A stretch of 64,000 bases of DNA. It comes from Macrostomum lignano. Taxonomy: Eukaryota. Under the pieces are notes generated by a model. The model did no database searches. It was not told the DNA's origin and was given only the letters and a program-made list of their open reading frames with translations. Below are positions 1 through 12,970 of the stretch, piece after piece. Each line of letters starts with the position of its first letter. Position 1 is the stretch's first letter. Location: NCBI GenBank assembly GCA_002269645.1, contig NIVC01001709.1, forward strand, positions 183,234 through 247,233, read 5' to 3'. A program made the translations under genes and the position numbers.

Positions 1-3000
1 CTCGCGCAGTACTGCGAGTCCCAGAACGCTGAGCTGTGCTTAGGGGGCGACCTCAACGCGCACCACAAGCACTGGGGCAGCACAGACACCAATACTAGAG
101 GGGAGGAGCTTCTGGCCCTCATCTCTAACACAAACCTCATGCTCTGCAACCGCGGCAGCACTCCTACCTTTAACAATGGCAGATGGACTGAGGTCCTCGA
201 CGCCACACTCGTTACCCCAAGACTCTTCGACAGAGTTGAGGAGTGGAGAGTCTGGTCTGAGGAGCCCTCCCTGTCTGACTACTGCTTTATCGCCTTTAAC
301 ATCGCGGACACTAAACCCCAGTCCTCGATCAGTTGGAGGCGTAACATCCGCAACACTGATTGGGCAGCCTATAAGGCTACCCTTGATCTGCACCTCCAGG
401 AACTCACGGACTTACGTCTTATTGAGACCTGCGAGGATGTGTACCATGCAGCTGAGACGCTGACAGGTTGCATTATCGCAGCCTATAATGCGGCCTGCCC
501 TGTCCGTGCCTACAAAGGCAAGACCTCGGCGCCGTGGTGGAACCCGGAGCTGGGGAAACTCAGGCGGAAGGCCAAAAGCCTTCATCGCCGTGCCATGAAG
601 ACCGGAAACCCGGAGGACATGGAGCTTTTCCAGCAAGCCTCCCGCAACTTCAAATCTGAAGTGCGCAAGGCCAAGGAATGTAAATGGCGCCAATTCTGCA
701 ATGAGTTGAATCAAGACAGACCTACTTCTAGGCTTGTCAAGGCCCTTACAATGGACAAAATGTCCAAATTAGCCATGATCAGAAAAGATTATGGCTCTCT
801 TACTAAAGACCCTGAAGTGCTTCAGCATATGCTCAGCACATTCTTCCCGAGGGTACCCACTGCTGGATCGGAACCCAACCATTCGATGGATGGAGCTACC
901 CTAGCGGCGGGCATAATCACTGAAGACTTAATCGTTCGTGCGGTCAGAACCTTCAAGCCCTTCAAATCTCCTGGACCTGATGGTATCTACCCTGTTCTTC
1001 TTCGTGAAGCAGCCAAGATACCCTCGTTCTTGAGACTCACCCGCAATCTTATGCGGGCCTCTATCCAGCTGGGATACGTTCCCAAATGCTGGACTGAAGC
1101 TCGGGTAGTCTTCATTCCCAAACCTGAGAAGGGCGACTATCAGAGCGTCAAGGCCTTTAGGCCAATTAGCTTAACATCAGCAATGCTTAAGCTCACTGAG
1201 AGGCTTATTCTCTGGCGGCTGCTTTCTAGCGAGCTGACAGCAATGCCTCTCAGCAATCATCAGCACGCCTTCCGTACCGGGAGGTCGACTGACAGCGCCC
1301 TGCATGCGATAGTCGAGAAGATCGAACGGGCGGTACTGGGTGACGGTTACGCCGTGGCTCTTTTTCTCGACATTGTTAGCGCCTTCGACAACGTTATCTT
1401 TGAAGCGTTTCAGAGGGCCCTTCAAAACCGCAAAGCTCACGCTACCCTCATACGGTGGATCATGTACATGATCTCCAACCGTACGGTCACTGCCCAACTT
1501 CTTGGGCAAACTGCCTCCGCCAGAGTCTGTAAGGGTGGACCCCAAGGCGGAGTCCTCACCCCGACGCTCTGGAACCTGGTCATGGACGCTCTTCTGAGTG
1601 ACTCCCGACCTGATCCCGTCTTCAAAGTCGGGTATGCTGACGACGTCACTGCCAATGTGGCTGGGCCGTCCCCCAGCACGCTCAGGGATCTGATGCAGAG
1701 CTTTATCCGCAAAGCAGAATCCTGGACCAGTGACAACGGTCTGGAACTCTCTGAGCCAAAAACTGTTGCCATTATGTTCACCAGCAGGATGCGCTGGAAC
1801 ATACGACCTCTGCAGCTCTACGGCAGAGATATTGCCTTCGCGCACCAGACCAGATGTCTCGGGGTCACACTTGACCACCGGCTCAACTGGTCCTTCCACG
1901 TGAAAGCAAAAGCCAGGCGTGCCTCAGCCATCCTTGCCTAGCTCCGTCGAGCACTTGGCACTTCTTGGGGTCTATTCCCAAAGCGGCTTTGGTGGATCTA
2001 CACTTCCGTAGTTAGACCAGCCATTACGTACGCCTCGGTTGTCTGGGTTAGCGCTACCCAGGTCAAAAGCCATGCAGACCTGCTCAACACGATCTAGGGC
2101 AGAGCGTGTAGGCTTATCTGCAACGCCACCAGGTCCACGCCCTTTGCCAGCATGGGGCCTTCCTTAATCTACCGCCTCTCGATCTCGACCTCTTCATCAG
2201 GGGTGAGGCGGCTAGAACGACGCGGCGTTTACTTGATGTCGGTGTCAAATTCCTTTACATGAGGGCACCTGCTAAGCGGAACCTCGTCCCGCATAGCGAC
2301 CTGTGCCTCAACAGTCTCAACGAGTGTCAGGCCAATCGCGTCTTCACCAATGGCATTGCCTCAACGCTCAAACTGAGACAACGCTACCCTGTAGCTATCG
2401 ACTCGCGCGATACCATCAATGACCACTGGAACCCTGGTGAGCTTCACTGCTACACCGACAGTTCTAAGCAGTCAGCCAACACCGGTTTTGGTGTTGGAAT
2501 CTTCCTGAACGGGAGGGTCATCGCTACCCACGCTCAATACACTGGGGTCAACTCCAGTGTCTTCCAAAATGAAGTTCTGGCCATCAGCTCCTGCACTGCA
2601 GAGCTTCTCGCCACTGGCGTTACTGGTAAGAACATCATTTTCCATTCGGACAGCCAAGCTGCCTTGCACGCCATCAGTGGCTGCAGCACCAACTCTGCTA
2701 CAGTCCTCGACTGTATCAAACTCCTCAACATGTTGGGTTCCACCAACAAAATCACCCTTAAGTGGGTTCCGGGGCATGTGGGGATCCGAGGAAATGAGTT
2801 GGCTGACACCCTTGCAAAAGTTGGTGCCTCCGGCTCCTCTCTCGGCCCCGAACCTCTTGTCCCGATTCCTGGCTGTGTCATCGACTCGCGCATCAAAGCG
2901 TGGATCAGGACTCAGCACCACTCGACTTGGGCGAACCGCACGAACTGCAGGCAATCCAGAGGCGCTGTCCCTCAGCCCTCTCACCAGCTCCGGAAGCTCC

Positions 3001-3335
3001 TCTTGCGCCTCTCGCGCAGAGACATCAGGGGTGCCACCATGACCCTCTCAGGTCACGGCTGCTTCTCCAGGCACCAGTACCTGCAGGGCAACGCCACCAA
3101 CGCCACCTGTAGTTTCTGCAACTCAGGTGACGAAACCGCTGAGCATTTCGTCAGCATCTGTCCCGCCTTCACGCGGGCCAGACTCACTTACCTCGGGCCA
3201 CACACATCTATTACTGAAGCGTGCAAACCCGAAAACTTTAACCAGCTCATGCGCTACCTCCGGGCCACCCGCAGGGCTGAACTCTCCTTTCCAGAGAGCA
3301 CTATAGCTGCTGGCGACACTGGGGGACCTCCCTGA
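1..3335 (+). pseudogene. Interrupted ORF2 (pol) of the retrotransposon
   Basis: In-frame TAG at 1939-1941 and 2095-2097, and a 1-nt deletion in the GGGG run at about 2154-2157 (frame 1 to frame 3). Translation stays RT/RNase H-like across all three lesions (LA*LRRALG..WIYTSVVRPAITYASVVW..TI*GRACRLI..TRSTP..FLNLPPLDL). Confidence 0.88.
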
Positions 3336-3458
3336 GCGGCGCCAACCCTTCTGTCCATAGCGACGCGTCGGCCGTTCAGGGATTAGTGGAATGGGCGTTC
3401 GCGCCTTCCCGCTGTGTCCCTACTGGGACAGCCCTGCAGCTCAGTCAAGTAAGTAAGT
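1..3458 (+). mobile_element. Non-LTR retrotransposon (I group, LOA/R1/Tad1-like) with APE endonuclease, RT, RNase H and a C-terminal Cys/His motif; 5' end outside window; disabled copy
   Basis: Frame 1 is open from base 1: GDLNAHHKHWGS (APE C-terminus), APWWNPEL, KSPGPDGI, FRPISLTS, QHAFRTGRST, QGGVLTPTLWN, YADD. The downstream ORF 2259-3335 has RNase H motifs (YTDSSK, VFQNEVLAI, SDSQAAL, WVPGHVGIRGNELAD) and CSFC..ETAEH..C. It ends in a short (TAAG)n-like tail at about 3446-3458. Confidence 0.93.
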
Positions 3459-4089
3459 CAAGGGCCATTGCGCCTGCACTATATGAAAACTCGCATTGGT
3501 TTGTGCGGTTACCAGCTAACATGAAATGTACTGACCTGAATCACCAGCTAGACATCAAACAGACCCATGCACTGGAGTTCTTCAAGTTAAGAATTTATTT
3601 CATCGCATTTGCGCGCTTATGCAGTTCATGCCAAGTGTCTGCACGAGAAAGCCACACCGTTGGACATTTCAAATTGGCAAAATATTAATATTTTATCCTA
3701 CAGACAGAAGAATCGCCTGACATTGGATTGGATTAAATTGGATTAAAATTTGCCAAGTGGCTGCTGAATCATCGCTGGAGTCGAGTCAGTTATCAGTGTC
3801 AGCCCCGCCTGACAGATCGGCAATTATAATCCTTGGCTGGCGTGTCGTCAGGATGAGGATGAGGCGGACCGCCTGGCTCACACCCACTCCTTCTCAGTCC
3901 AAAAGATGCCCCAAGTACGCTCGGACAGTCGGGTGGGCGAGGGGGGGGGAGGGCGCTAAGCCTCTTGCTGGGAAGTTCGTTGAAGTTTTGCCCTGAGTGG
4001 GAGTTTTTCCAGTTTCATTGCTGCTTGACCTGTCGATTTCAATTTGAAAAAAGATATTCTTGCGTGATGGAACTGATTGGTAGCCTTAT

Positions 4090-4630
4090 AAGGCTCTGAG
4101 TCTCTTTGTGAATATTCTGTGAATCACTGTTTGTATCTGTGAATCTATATAAATCTCTTTGAACCATTGTGAGCCACTGTGAATATTTGTGAATAATTGT
4201 GAACCACTGTGAACCATTGTGAACCATTTTGAACCACTGTGAACCACTGTGAACACTGTGAATCTCTGTGAACCATTGTGAGCCATTTTAAATCTCTGTG
4301 AACCACTATGAACCACTGTGAATCTCATCTCCGTGAACCATTGTGAGCGACTGTAAATCTCTGCGAACCATTCTGAACCACTGTGAATCGCTGTGAACCA
4401 TTGTGAGCCACTATAAATCTGTGAGCCGCTGTGGACCATCGTGAATCTATGTGACCCGTTGGGAGACCTGTGAATCTCTGTGAACCATTGTGAGCTACTA
4501 TGAACCACTGTGAACCACTGTGAATCTCTGTGAACAATGGTGAACCATTGTGAATCTCTGTGAACCATTGTGAGTGACTGTGAATCTCATCTCCGTGAAC
4601 CATTGTGAGCCACTGTAAATCTCTGTGAAC
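4090..4630. repeat. Degenerate ~10-bp minisatellite (TGTGAACCAC/TGTGAATCTC)
   Basis: Repeated TGTGAA cores read directly; explains the spurious MVH/SQWFT ORFs. Confidence 0.85.
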
Positions 4631-5071
4631 CTCTGTTTTTGAAAATAAAAAGCCAGTTTCGCTTCGCCAACGCCTGTCATTGAGAAATGAGAGAGCGGCG
4701 AAGCACCCTGAGACAGGGGGTTTCCCAGACTTCCTGGCTTGGCCACACAAGCTCTCCTTTGTTATGCTGGCATTTCTCTTGCCCAGGCGCTGCTTCATCT
4801 CAAAAACTGCAACAACCAGCAGTCGGGATTTGGCTTGCCTTTTCCTCCCCGCTCTGGCTGACAGGTGGGTGACGACCCGAATCCCATCCGACCCTCCCCG
4901 GCTGTCTCATCTGACATGGGAAGGGGGAGATTTCATCTCTCGGCTTCCCATTTTCACCTCTGCAATTTTTTCACCGCTCACAAAAATGGCTTCTGTTCTG
5001 CTGCTCTGAGCAAAGAAATATTGGAGCATTAGATGCTTTAGAGACATCTGTAGATGCACCGAATGTGAATG

Positions 5072-6008
5072 GAGATCTATCCACCTTGAGATCTATCCAC
5101 CTTGAGATCTATCCACCTTAAGATCTATCCACCTTGAGATCTACCCACCTTTAGATATATCCACCTTGAGATCTATCCACCTTAAGATCTATCCACCTTA
5201 AGATCAACCCACCTTAAGATCAACCCACCTCGAGATCTACCCACCTCTAGATATATCCACCTTGAGATCTATCCACCTTGAGATCTATCCACCTCGAGAT
5301 CTATCCACTTGAAGATCTATCCACCTTGAGATCTATCCACCTTGAGATCTATCCACCTTGAGACCCATCCACCTTGAGATCTATCCACCTTAAGATCTAT
5401 CCACCTTAAGATCTATCCACCTTGAGATCTACTCACCTTGAGATCTATCCACCTTGAGACCCATCCACCTTGAGATCTATCCACCTTGAGATCTATCCAC
5501 CTTGAGATCTATCCACCTTGAGATCTATCCACCTTGAGATCTATCCACCTTAAGATCTATCCACCTTGAGATCTACCCACCTTTAGATATATCCACCTTG
5601 AGATCTATCCACCTTGAGATCTACCCACCTTTAGATATATCCACCTTGAGATCTATCCACCTTGAGATCTACCCACCTTGAGATCTATCCACTCGAGATC
5701 TATCCACCTTAAGATCTACCCACCTCGAGATCTACCCACCTTTAGATATATCCACCTTGAGATCTATCCACCTTGAGATATATCCACCTTAAGATCTACC
5801 CACCTCGAGATCTACCCACCTTTAGATATATCCACCTTGAGATCTATCCACCTTGAGATCTATCCACCTCGAGATCTATCCACTTTAAGATCTATCCACC
5901 TTGAGATCTACCCACCTTGAGATATATCCACCTTAAGATCTACCCACCTCGAGATCTACCCACCTTGAGATCTTTCCACCGTGAGATCTATCCACTCGAG
6001 ATCTATCC
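5072..6008. repeat. 16-bp minisatellite (GAGATCTATCCACCTT)n
   Basis: Roughly 58 tandem copies with minor variants. Confidence 0.95.
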
Positions 6009-6535
6009 GTATTGAGACCCACCCAGTTTTAAACTCAACTCAAAGATCCACATGACTTTCAAGGTCAATAAAAACGCAGAAAATTCTTTGTTTCCGCAAA
6101 AACACCGAATTTCACACGCATACCTTATAGTCAGTTTTCCCCAATCAACGCAGGTTTAATTACTGACAGCAGTTCATGAATACAGTTCAATTATACCAAT
6201 TTTTTCTGCATCACTAAGGCAAGCCTCCAGAGTACAGCACTGCTACTCTCTTCCCAAAGCAAGAGGATACGATGAATTTCATCTGGCAGCTGAATTATGA
6301 CCCGCTTGTGGCTCACCTCTGCCGCGTGCGCCCCCCTCCCTGACGGCTCATGTCTCTAACCGTGTGGCAATGCCCCAGCCGTTAGTTTAATTATCATCCC
6401 AACTCTGCTTTAGCCATGAAGGCTTCTGTATTGCTTGCATAGACTATTGGGGCTGGTGCAGTTGTATCCATTCGTTACGAAACGCATGGTTACAACTTAT
6501 TGGCTAATTAAGTTGAAGTTTTTAATATTCACATA

Positions 6536-7160
6536 AATATTGTGATAGAAATTGGGATAGACATTGTGATAAACATTGTGATAGACATTGTGAGATAGAC
6601 ATCGGGGTAGACATTGTGATAGACATTGTGATAGACAGACGAGTAGACTAGGCATTGGGATAGACATTGTGATAGAAATTGGGATAGACATTGTGGTAGA
6701 CATTGTGATAGGCATTGTGATAGACATTGTGAAAGACATTGGGATAGACATCGGGATAGACATTGTGATAGGCATTGGGATAGACATTGTGATAGGCATT
6801 GTGATAGACATTGTGAAAGACATTGGGATAGACATCGGGATAGACATTGTGATAGACATTGTGAAAGACATTGTGATAGACATTGTGATAGACATCGGGA
6901 TAGGCATCGGGATAGACATTGTGATAGACATTGGGATAGACATTGTGAAAGACATTGGGATAGACACCGGGATAGACATTGTGATAGACATTGTGAAAGA
7001 CATTGTGATAGACATTGTGATAGACATCGGGATAGGCATCGGGATAGACATTGTGATAGACATTGGGATAGACATCGGGATAGACATTGTGATAGACATT
7101 GGGATAGACATCGGGATAGACATTGTGATAGACATTGGGATAGACATCGGGATAGACATT
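6536..7160. repeat. 12-bp minisatellite (GACATTGTGATA / GACATCGGGATA)n
   Basis: Tandem units read directly; explains the MSIP/IDIV ORFs. Confidence 0.95.
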
Positions 7161-7198
7161 AGGATATTTTTTGAAGCAGGGGGCTGCTTGTACCTTTT

Positions 7199-7388
7199 TG
7201 CACTTTAGGCGACATTGTCACACAACCGGCGAGAGCCATTCCGCCGGCTCCCCTAAACAGGCAAACAAGCACGCGGAGACGTACGCAAGCCACCCGCTTA
7301 CACAGGAGTATACAGCGGCCCTGACTTTCTCATTGTCAGGCATCGTCTGAGGCAAGCGTAGAATCGAACTCGGGGCACTTCAGCGCTC
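7199..7388 (-). mobile_element. tRNA-derived SINE family 1, copy D (5'-truncated head)
   Basis: The reverse complement has a B-box-like GAGTTCGATTC. It aligns with 42061-42200 (GCCGCTGTAYACTCCTGTGT..TGCGTACGT..GGCGGAATGG..CTCTCGCCGGTTGTGTGACAATGT). Confidence 0.8.
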
Positions 7389-7390
7389 AC

Positions 7391-8343
7391 CTGCCAAAAA
7401 TGACGAACCCGTGCTGAGCATAGTTGAGCTCCTTGATCACCTGGAAGAGCATCCGCACCGTCTCGCCCTCGCAGAAGCAGAGCACCACCTTGGCGCGCTT
7501 CTCGCCCTCCTCAGACGAGTTAAAGAGGCTGTGCGCCAGGTCCTGGAACTTGGCCAGGGGCTCGGCGCTGGAGATGTGCTTCTCCTGGTCGATGCAGATG
7601 CTGTGCTCGCCGCGGTTGTCGTTGTCGATGAGCTCCTTGATCTTGCGGATGCCGCCGGCGCCGTAGTTGCCCTCGGTGTGCAGTAGCGAGACGTAGTTCC
7701 AGCCCATCTGCCGGACAACGTCGAACATCGCCGTGGCCTGGAACGTGTCGGACGCCACGACGCGCAGGAAGTACTTGTACACGTCCTTCTTGCTGAGGTC
7801 GGTCGAGGTGGCCGAGTAGCCGATCTGGGGGATCTTGAACAGCTGCAGCAGGTTCTGCACCTGGATGGTGACGTCGGAGCCGCCGGGGCCGATCAGCGCG
7901 GCGATGGGCTGCGTGTTGTTGCCGACGTCCTCGCAGTTGCCGAGGCGGTCGCCCCGGCTGCCGGCCAGGTGGCGGTCGGCGTGCGCTAGGCTGTTCCTGA
8001 TGAAGTCGATGCTTTGCTCCAGCGCGATTGGCGCGTACCAGCAGCTGTCGCGGATGTCCAGGCCGATCCTCAGCCCAGGCAGGATGCTGGGGTCGGCGTT
8101 GATCTCCCTGATGGTCTTCATCAGCACCTCGACCCGGTGCATGCCGTAGTGCTCGCGGACCCGGCCGCACTTGCGCACGTAGGTGTCCTGGCCGGTGGGG
8201 CTCTCGTGGATGGGGAACAGCGCGCCGACCATGATGTCGCCTGGGAGTCTGGCGATGGCGCGCCGCCTCTCCGCCGAGCAGAACCGAGGGGACAGCAGCA
8301 GCACCAGAAGGAGCAGCAAAAACAGGTGCCGAAGTGCTTGCAT
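7391..8343 (-). CDS. GRM1/GRM5-like: Metabotropic glutamate receptor, group I-like; first coding exon (signal peptide plus N-terminal Venus flytrap domain); later exons outside window
   Basis: MQALRHLFLLLLLVLLL signal peptide; GDIMVGALFPIH, CGRVREHYGMHRVE, IRDSCWYAPIALEQSIDFIR, IGPGGSDVTIQVQNLLQLFKIPQIGYSATS, KYFLRVVASD. Donor AG|GTGAG at 7391/7390, phase 2, inside the expected GSDGW motif. Confidence 0.92.
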
Positions 8344-8849
8344 TTGATTTTTTAAGTGTATTTCCGAATTCAAGAACAGATGAAGGTCAATGCAGAGCTG
8401 GAAGCGGCGGGCGTGGCCATGAGGTGTTGGAGTCGCCGCAGCCGGTGCAGCTCTGGATAAAGAAAGCAGTGGAGCTGCTGGCGTCTCACTGTTGGATACT
8501 TGCGATGAAAGTAGCATTTCTAGGAGTCACCGCAGGCAGCCGCTAGGTCGCCCATTGGTTGAGAGGCGAAGTCAGCCAATGGAAATGTGGTGCTGGCACA
8601 GTGCATGTGCAAATACTAAGGCAAGAGTGTTGCTATATTCAGTGGTATTTTGCAAATCTGTTTAAGGCGTCTGAAGTTTACATTAACAATAACTCCCTGA
8701 TCCTTACTTAGAATCATCATAATGTCTTCATTACAAGCAACATGCTAATAAAAACTACTCAAGTCTACTCTAATATCAATTAAAAAGTACAACTCACCTT
8801 GGTCCTAAGGTACATTCTAAAGTCTTCCTTAGATTCATTTCTAAAGATA

Positions 8850-11800
8850 CACTCCCATATCCACCCTAAATCCATTCTTAAAGTCCTCCCTAAAATCCGT
8901 TTTTTCAAAAAACATTCCGAAAGATCCATTTCTAAAGATCCATTCCTAAAGATCCATTCCGAAAGATCCATTTCTAAAGATTTCCGAAAGATCCATTTCT
9001 AAAGATTTCCTAAAGATCCATTCCTAAAGATTTCCTAAAGATCCATTCCTAAAGATTTCCTAAAGATCCATTTCTAAAGATTTCCGAAAGATCCATTTCT
9101 AAAGATTTCCTAAAGATCCATTCCTAAAGATTTCCTAAAGATCCATTCCTAAAGATTTCCTAAAGATCCATTCCTAAAGATCCATTCCTAAAGATCCATT
9201 CCTAAAGATTTCCTAAAGATCCATTCCTAAAGATTTCCTAAAGATCCATTCCTAAAGATCCATTTCTAAAGATTTCCTAAAGATCCATTCCTAAAGATCC
9301 ATTTCTAAAGATCCATTCCTAAAGATCCATTTCTAAAGATTTCCTAAAGATCCATTCCTAAAGATCCATTCCTAAAGATCCATTTCTAAAGATTTCCTAA
9401 AGATCCATTCCTAAAGATCCATTCCTAAAGATCCATTCCTAAAGATTTCCTAAAGATCCATTCCTAAAGATCCATTCCTAAAGATTTCCTAAAGATCCAT
9501 TCCTAAAGATTTCCTAAAGATCCATTCCTAAAGATTTCCTAAAGATTTCCTAAAGATCCATTCCTAAAGATTTCCTAAAGATCCATTCCTAAAGATTTCC
9601 TAAAGATCCATTCCTAAAGATCCATTCCTAAAGATCCATTCCTAAAGATTTCCTAAAGATCCATTCCTAAAGATTTCCTAAAGATCCATTTCTAAAGATT
9701 TCCGAAAGATCCATTTCTAAAGATTTCCTAAAGATCCATTCCTAAAGATTTCCTAAAGATCCATTCCTAAAGATTTCCTAAAGATCCATTCCTAAAGATC
9801 CATTCCTAAAGATCCATTCCTAAAGATTTCCTAAAGATCCATTCCTAAAGATTTCCTAAAGATCCATTCCTAAAGATCCATTTCTAAAGATTTCCTAAAG
9901 ATCCATTCCTAAAGATCCATTTCTAAAGATCCATTCCTAAAGATCCATTTCTAAAGATTTCCTAAAGATCCATTCCTAAAGATCCATTCCTAAAGATCCA
10001 TTTCTAAAGATTTCCTAAAGATCCATTCCTAAAGATCCATTCCTAAAGATCCATTCCTAAAGATTTCCTAAAGATCCATTCCTAAAGATCCATTCCTAAA
10101 GATTTCCTAAAGATCCATTCCTAAAGATTTCCTAAAGATCCATTCCTAAAGATTTCCTAAAGATTTCCTAAAGATCCATTCCTAAAGATTTCCTAAAGAT
10201 CCATTCCTAAAGATTTCCTAAAGATCCATTCCTAAAGATCCATTCCTAAAGATCCATTCCTAAAGATTTCCTAAAGATCCATTCCTAAAGATTTCCTAAA
10301 GATCCATTCCTAAAGATTTCCTAAAGATCCATTCCTAAAGATTTCCTAAAGATCCATTCCTAAAGATTTCCTAAAGATCCATTCCTAAAGATTTCCTAAA
10401 GATCCATTCCTAAAGATTTCCTAAAGATCCATTCCTAAAGATTCATTCCTAAAGATTCATTCCTAAAGATTTCCTAAAGATCCATTCCTAAAGATTTCCT
10501 AAAGATCCATTCCTAAAGATCCATTCCTAAAGATTTCCTACAGATCCATTCCTAAAGATCCATTCCTAAAGATCCATTCCTAAAGATCCATTCCTAAAGA
10601 TCCATTCCTAAAGATCCATTCCTAAAGATCCATTCCTAAAGATCCATTCCTAAAGATCCATTCCTAAAGATCCATTCCTAAAGATCCATTCCTAAAGATC
10701 CATTCCTAAAGATTTCCTAAAGATCCATTCCTAAAGATTTCCTAAAGATCCATTCCTAAAGATTTCCTAAAGATCCATTCCTAAAGATTTCCTAAAGATT
10801 CATTCCTAAAGATTTCCTACAGATCCATTCCTAAAGATCCATTCCTAAAGATCCATTCCTAAAGATTTCCTAAAGATCCATTCCTAAAGATCCATTCCTA
10901 AAGATCCATTCCTAAAGATTTTCTAAAGATCCATTCCTAAAGATTTCCTAAAGATCCATTCCTAAAGATTTCCTAAAGATCCATTCCTAAAGATCCATTC
11001 CTAAAGATTTCCTACAGATCCATTCCTAAAGATTTCCTAAAGATCCATTCCTAAAGATTTCCTAAAGATCCATTCCTAAAGATCCATTCCTAAAGATTTC
11101 CTACAGATCCATTCCTAAAGATCCATTCCTAAAGATCCATTTCTAAAGATCCATTCCTAAAGATCCATTCCTAAAGATCCATTCCTAAAGATTCATTCCT
11201 AAAGATTCATTCCTAAAGATTTCCTAAAGATCCATTCCTAAAGATTTCCTAAAGATCCATTCCTAAAGATCCATTCCTAAAGATTTCCTACAGATCCATT
11301 CCTAAAGATCCATTCCTAAAGATCCATTCCTAAAGATCCATTCCTAAAGATCCATTCCTAAAGATCCATTCCTAAAGATCCATTCCTAAAGATCCATTCC
11401 TAAAGATCCATTCCTAAAGATCCATTCCTAAAGATCCATTCCTAAAGATCCATTCCTAAAGATCCATTCCTAAAGATCCATTCCTAAAGATCCATTCCTA
11501 AAGATTTTCTAAAGATCCATTCCTAAAGATTTCCTACAGATCCATTCCTAAAGATCCATTCCTAAAGATCCATTCCTAAAGATCCATTCCTAAAGATTTC
11601 CTAAAGATCCATTCCTAAAGATTTCCTAAAGATCCATTCCTAAAGATCCATTCCTAAAGATCCATTCCTAAAGATCCATTCCTACAGATCCATTCCTAAA
11701 GATTTCCTAAAGATCCATTCCTAAAGATTTCCTAAAGATCCATTCCTACAGATCCATTCCTAAAGATTTCCTAAAGATCCATTCCTAAAGATTTCCTAAA

Positions 11801-12970
11801 GATCCATTCCTAAAGATTTCCTAAAGATCCATTCCTAAAGATTTCCTAAAGATCCATTCCTAAAGATTTCCTAAAGATTTCCTACAGATCCATTCCTAAA
11901 GATCCATTCCTAAAGATTTCCTACAGATCCATTCCTAAAGATCCATTCCTAAAGATCCATTCCTAAAGATCCATTCCTAAAGATCCATTCCTAAAGATCC
12001 ATTCCTAAAGATCCATTCCTAAAGATTTCCTACAGATCCATTCCTAAAGATTTCCTAAAGATCCATTCCTAAAGATTTCCTAAAGATCCATTCCTAAAGA
12101 TCCATTCCTAAAGATTTCCTAAAGATCCATTCCTAAAGATCCATTCCTAAAGATTTCCTACAGATCCATTCCTAAAGATTTCCTAAAGATCCATTCCTAA
12201 AGATTTCCTAAAGATCCATTCCTAAAGATTTCCTAAAGATCCATTCCTAAAGATTTCCTAAAGATCCATTCCTAAAGATTTCCTAAAGATTCATTCCTAA
12301 AGATTTCCTACAGATCCATTCCTAAAGATCCATTCCTAAAGATCCATTCCTAAAGATCCATTCCTAAAGATCCATTCCTAAAGATCCATTCCTAAAGATC
12401 CATTCCTAAAGATTTCCTAAAGATCCATTCCTAAAGATCCATTCCTACAGATCCATTCCTACAGATCCATTCCTAAAGATCCATTCCTAAAGATCCATTC
12501 CTAAAGATCCATTCCTAAAGATCCATTCCTAAAGATCCATTCCTAAAGATCCATTCCTAAAGATCCATTCCTAAAGATTTCCTAAAGATCCATTCCTACA
12601 GATCCATTCCTAAAGATTTCCTAAAGATCCATTCCTAAAGATCCATTCCTAAAGATTTCCTAAAGATCCATTCCTAAAGATTTCCTAAAGATCCATTCCT
12701 AAAGATTTCCTAAAGATCCATTCCTAAAGATTTCCTAAAGATTCATTCCTAAAGATTTCCTACAGATCCATTCCTAAAGATCCATTCCTAAAGATCCATT
12801 CCTAAAGATCCATTCCTAAAGATCCATTCCTAAAGATCCATTCCTAAAGATCCATTCCTAAAGATTTCCTAAAGATCCATTCCTAAAGATCCATTCCTAC
12901 AGATCCATTCCTACAGATCCATTCCTAAAGATCCATTCCTAAAGATCCATTCCTAAAGATCCATTCCTAA
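8850..12970. repeat. ~4.1-kb satellite mixing 14-bp (AAGATCCATTCCTA) and 11-bp (AAGATTTCCTA) units
   Basis: Units read directly. Confidence 0.97.

Noticed and set aside
1939-2097. Programmed TAG readthrough or alternative genetic code in the LINE
   Set aside because: A frameshift also disrupts the ORF, and host genes read normally with the standard code; C-to-T decay is simpler.
8344-8517. 58-codon in-frame N-terminal extension of mGluR
   Set aside because: The track start is a non-ATG codon, and the signal peptide directly follows the ATG at 8343; likely 5' UTR.
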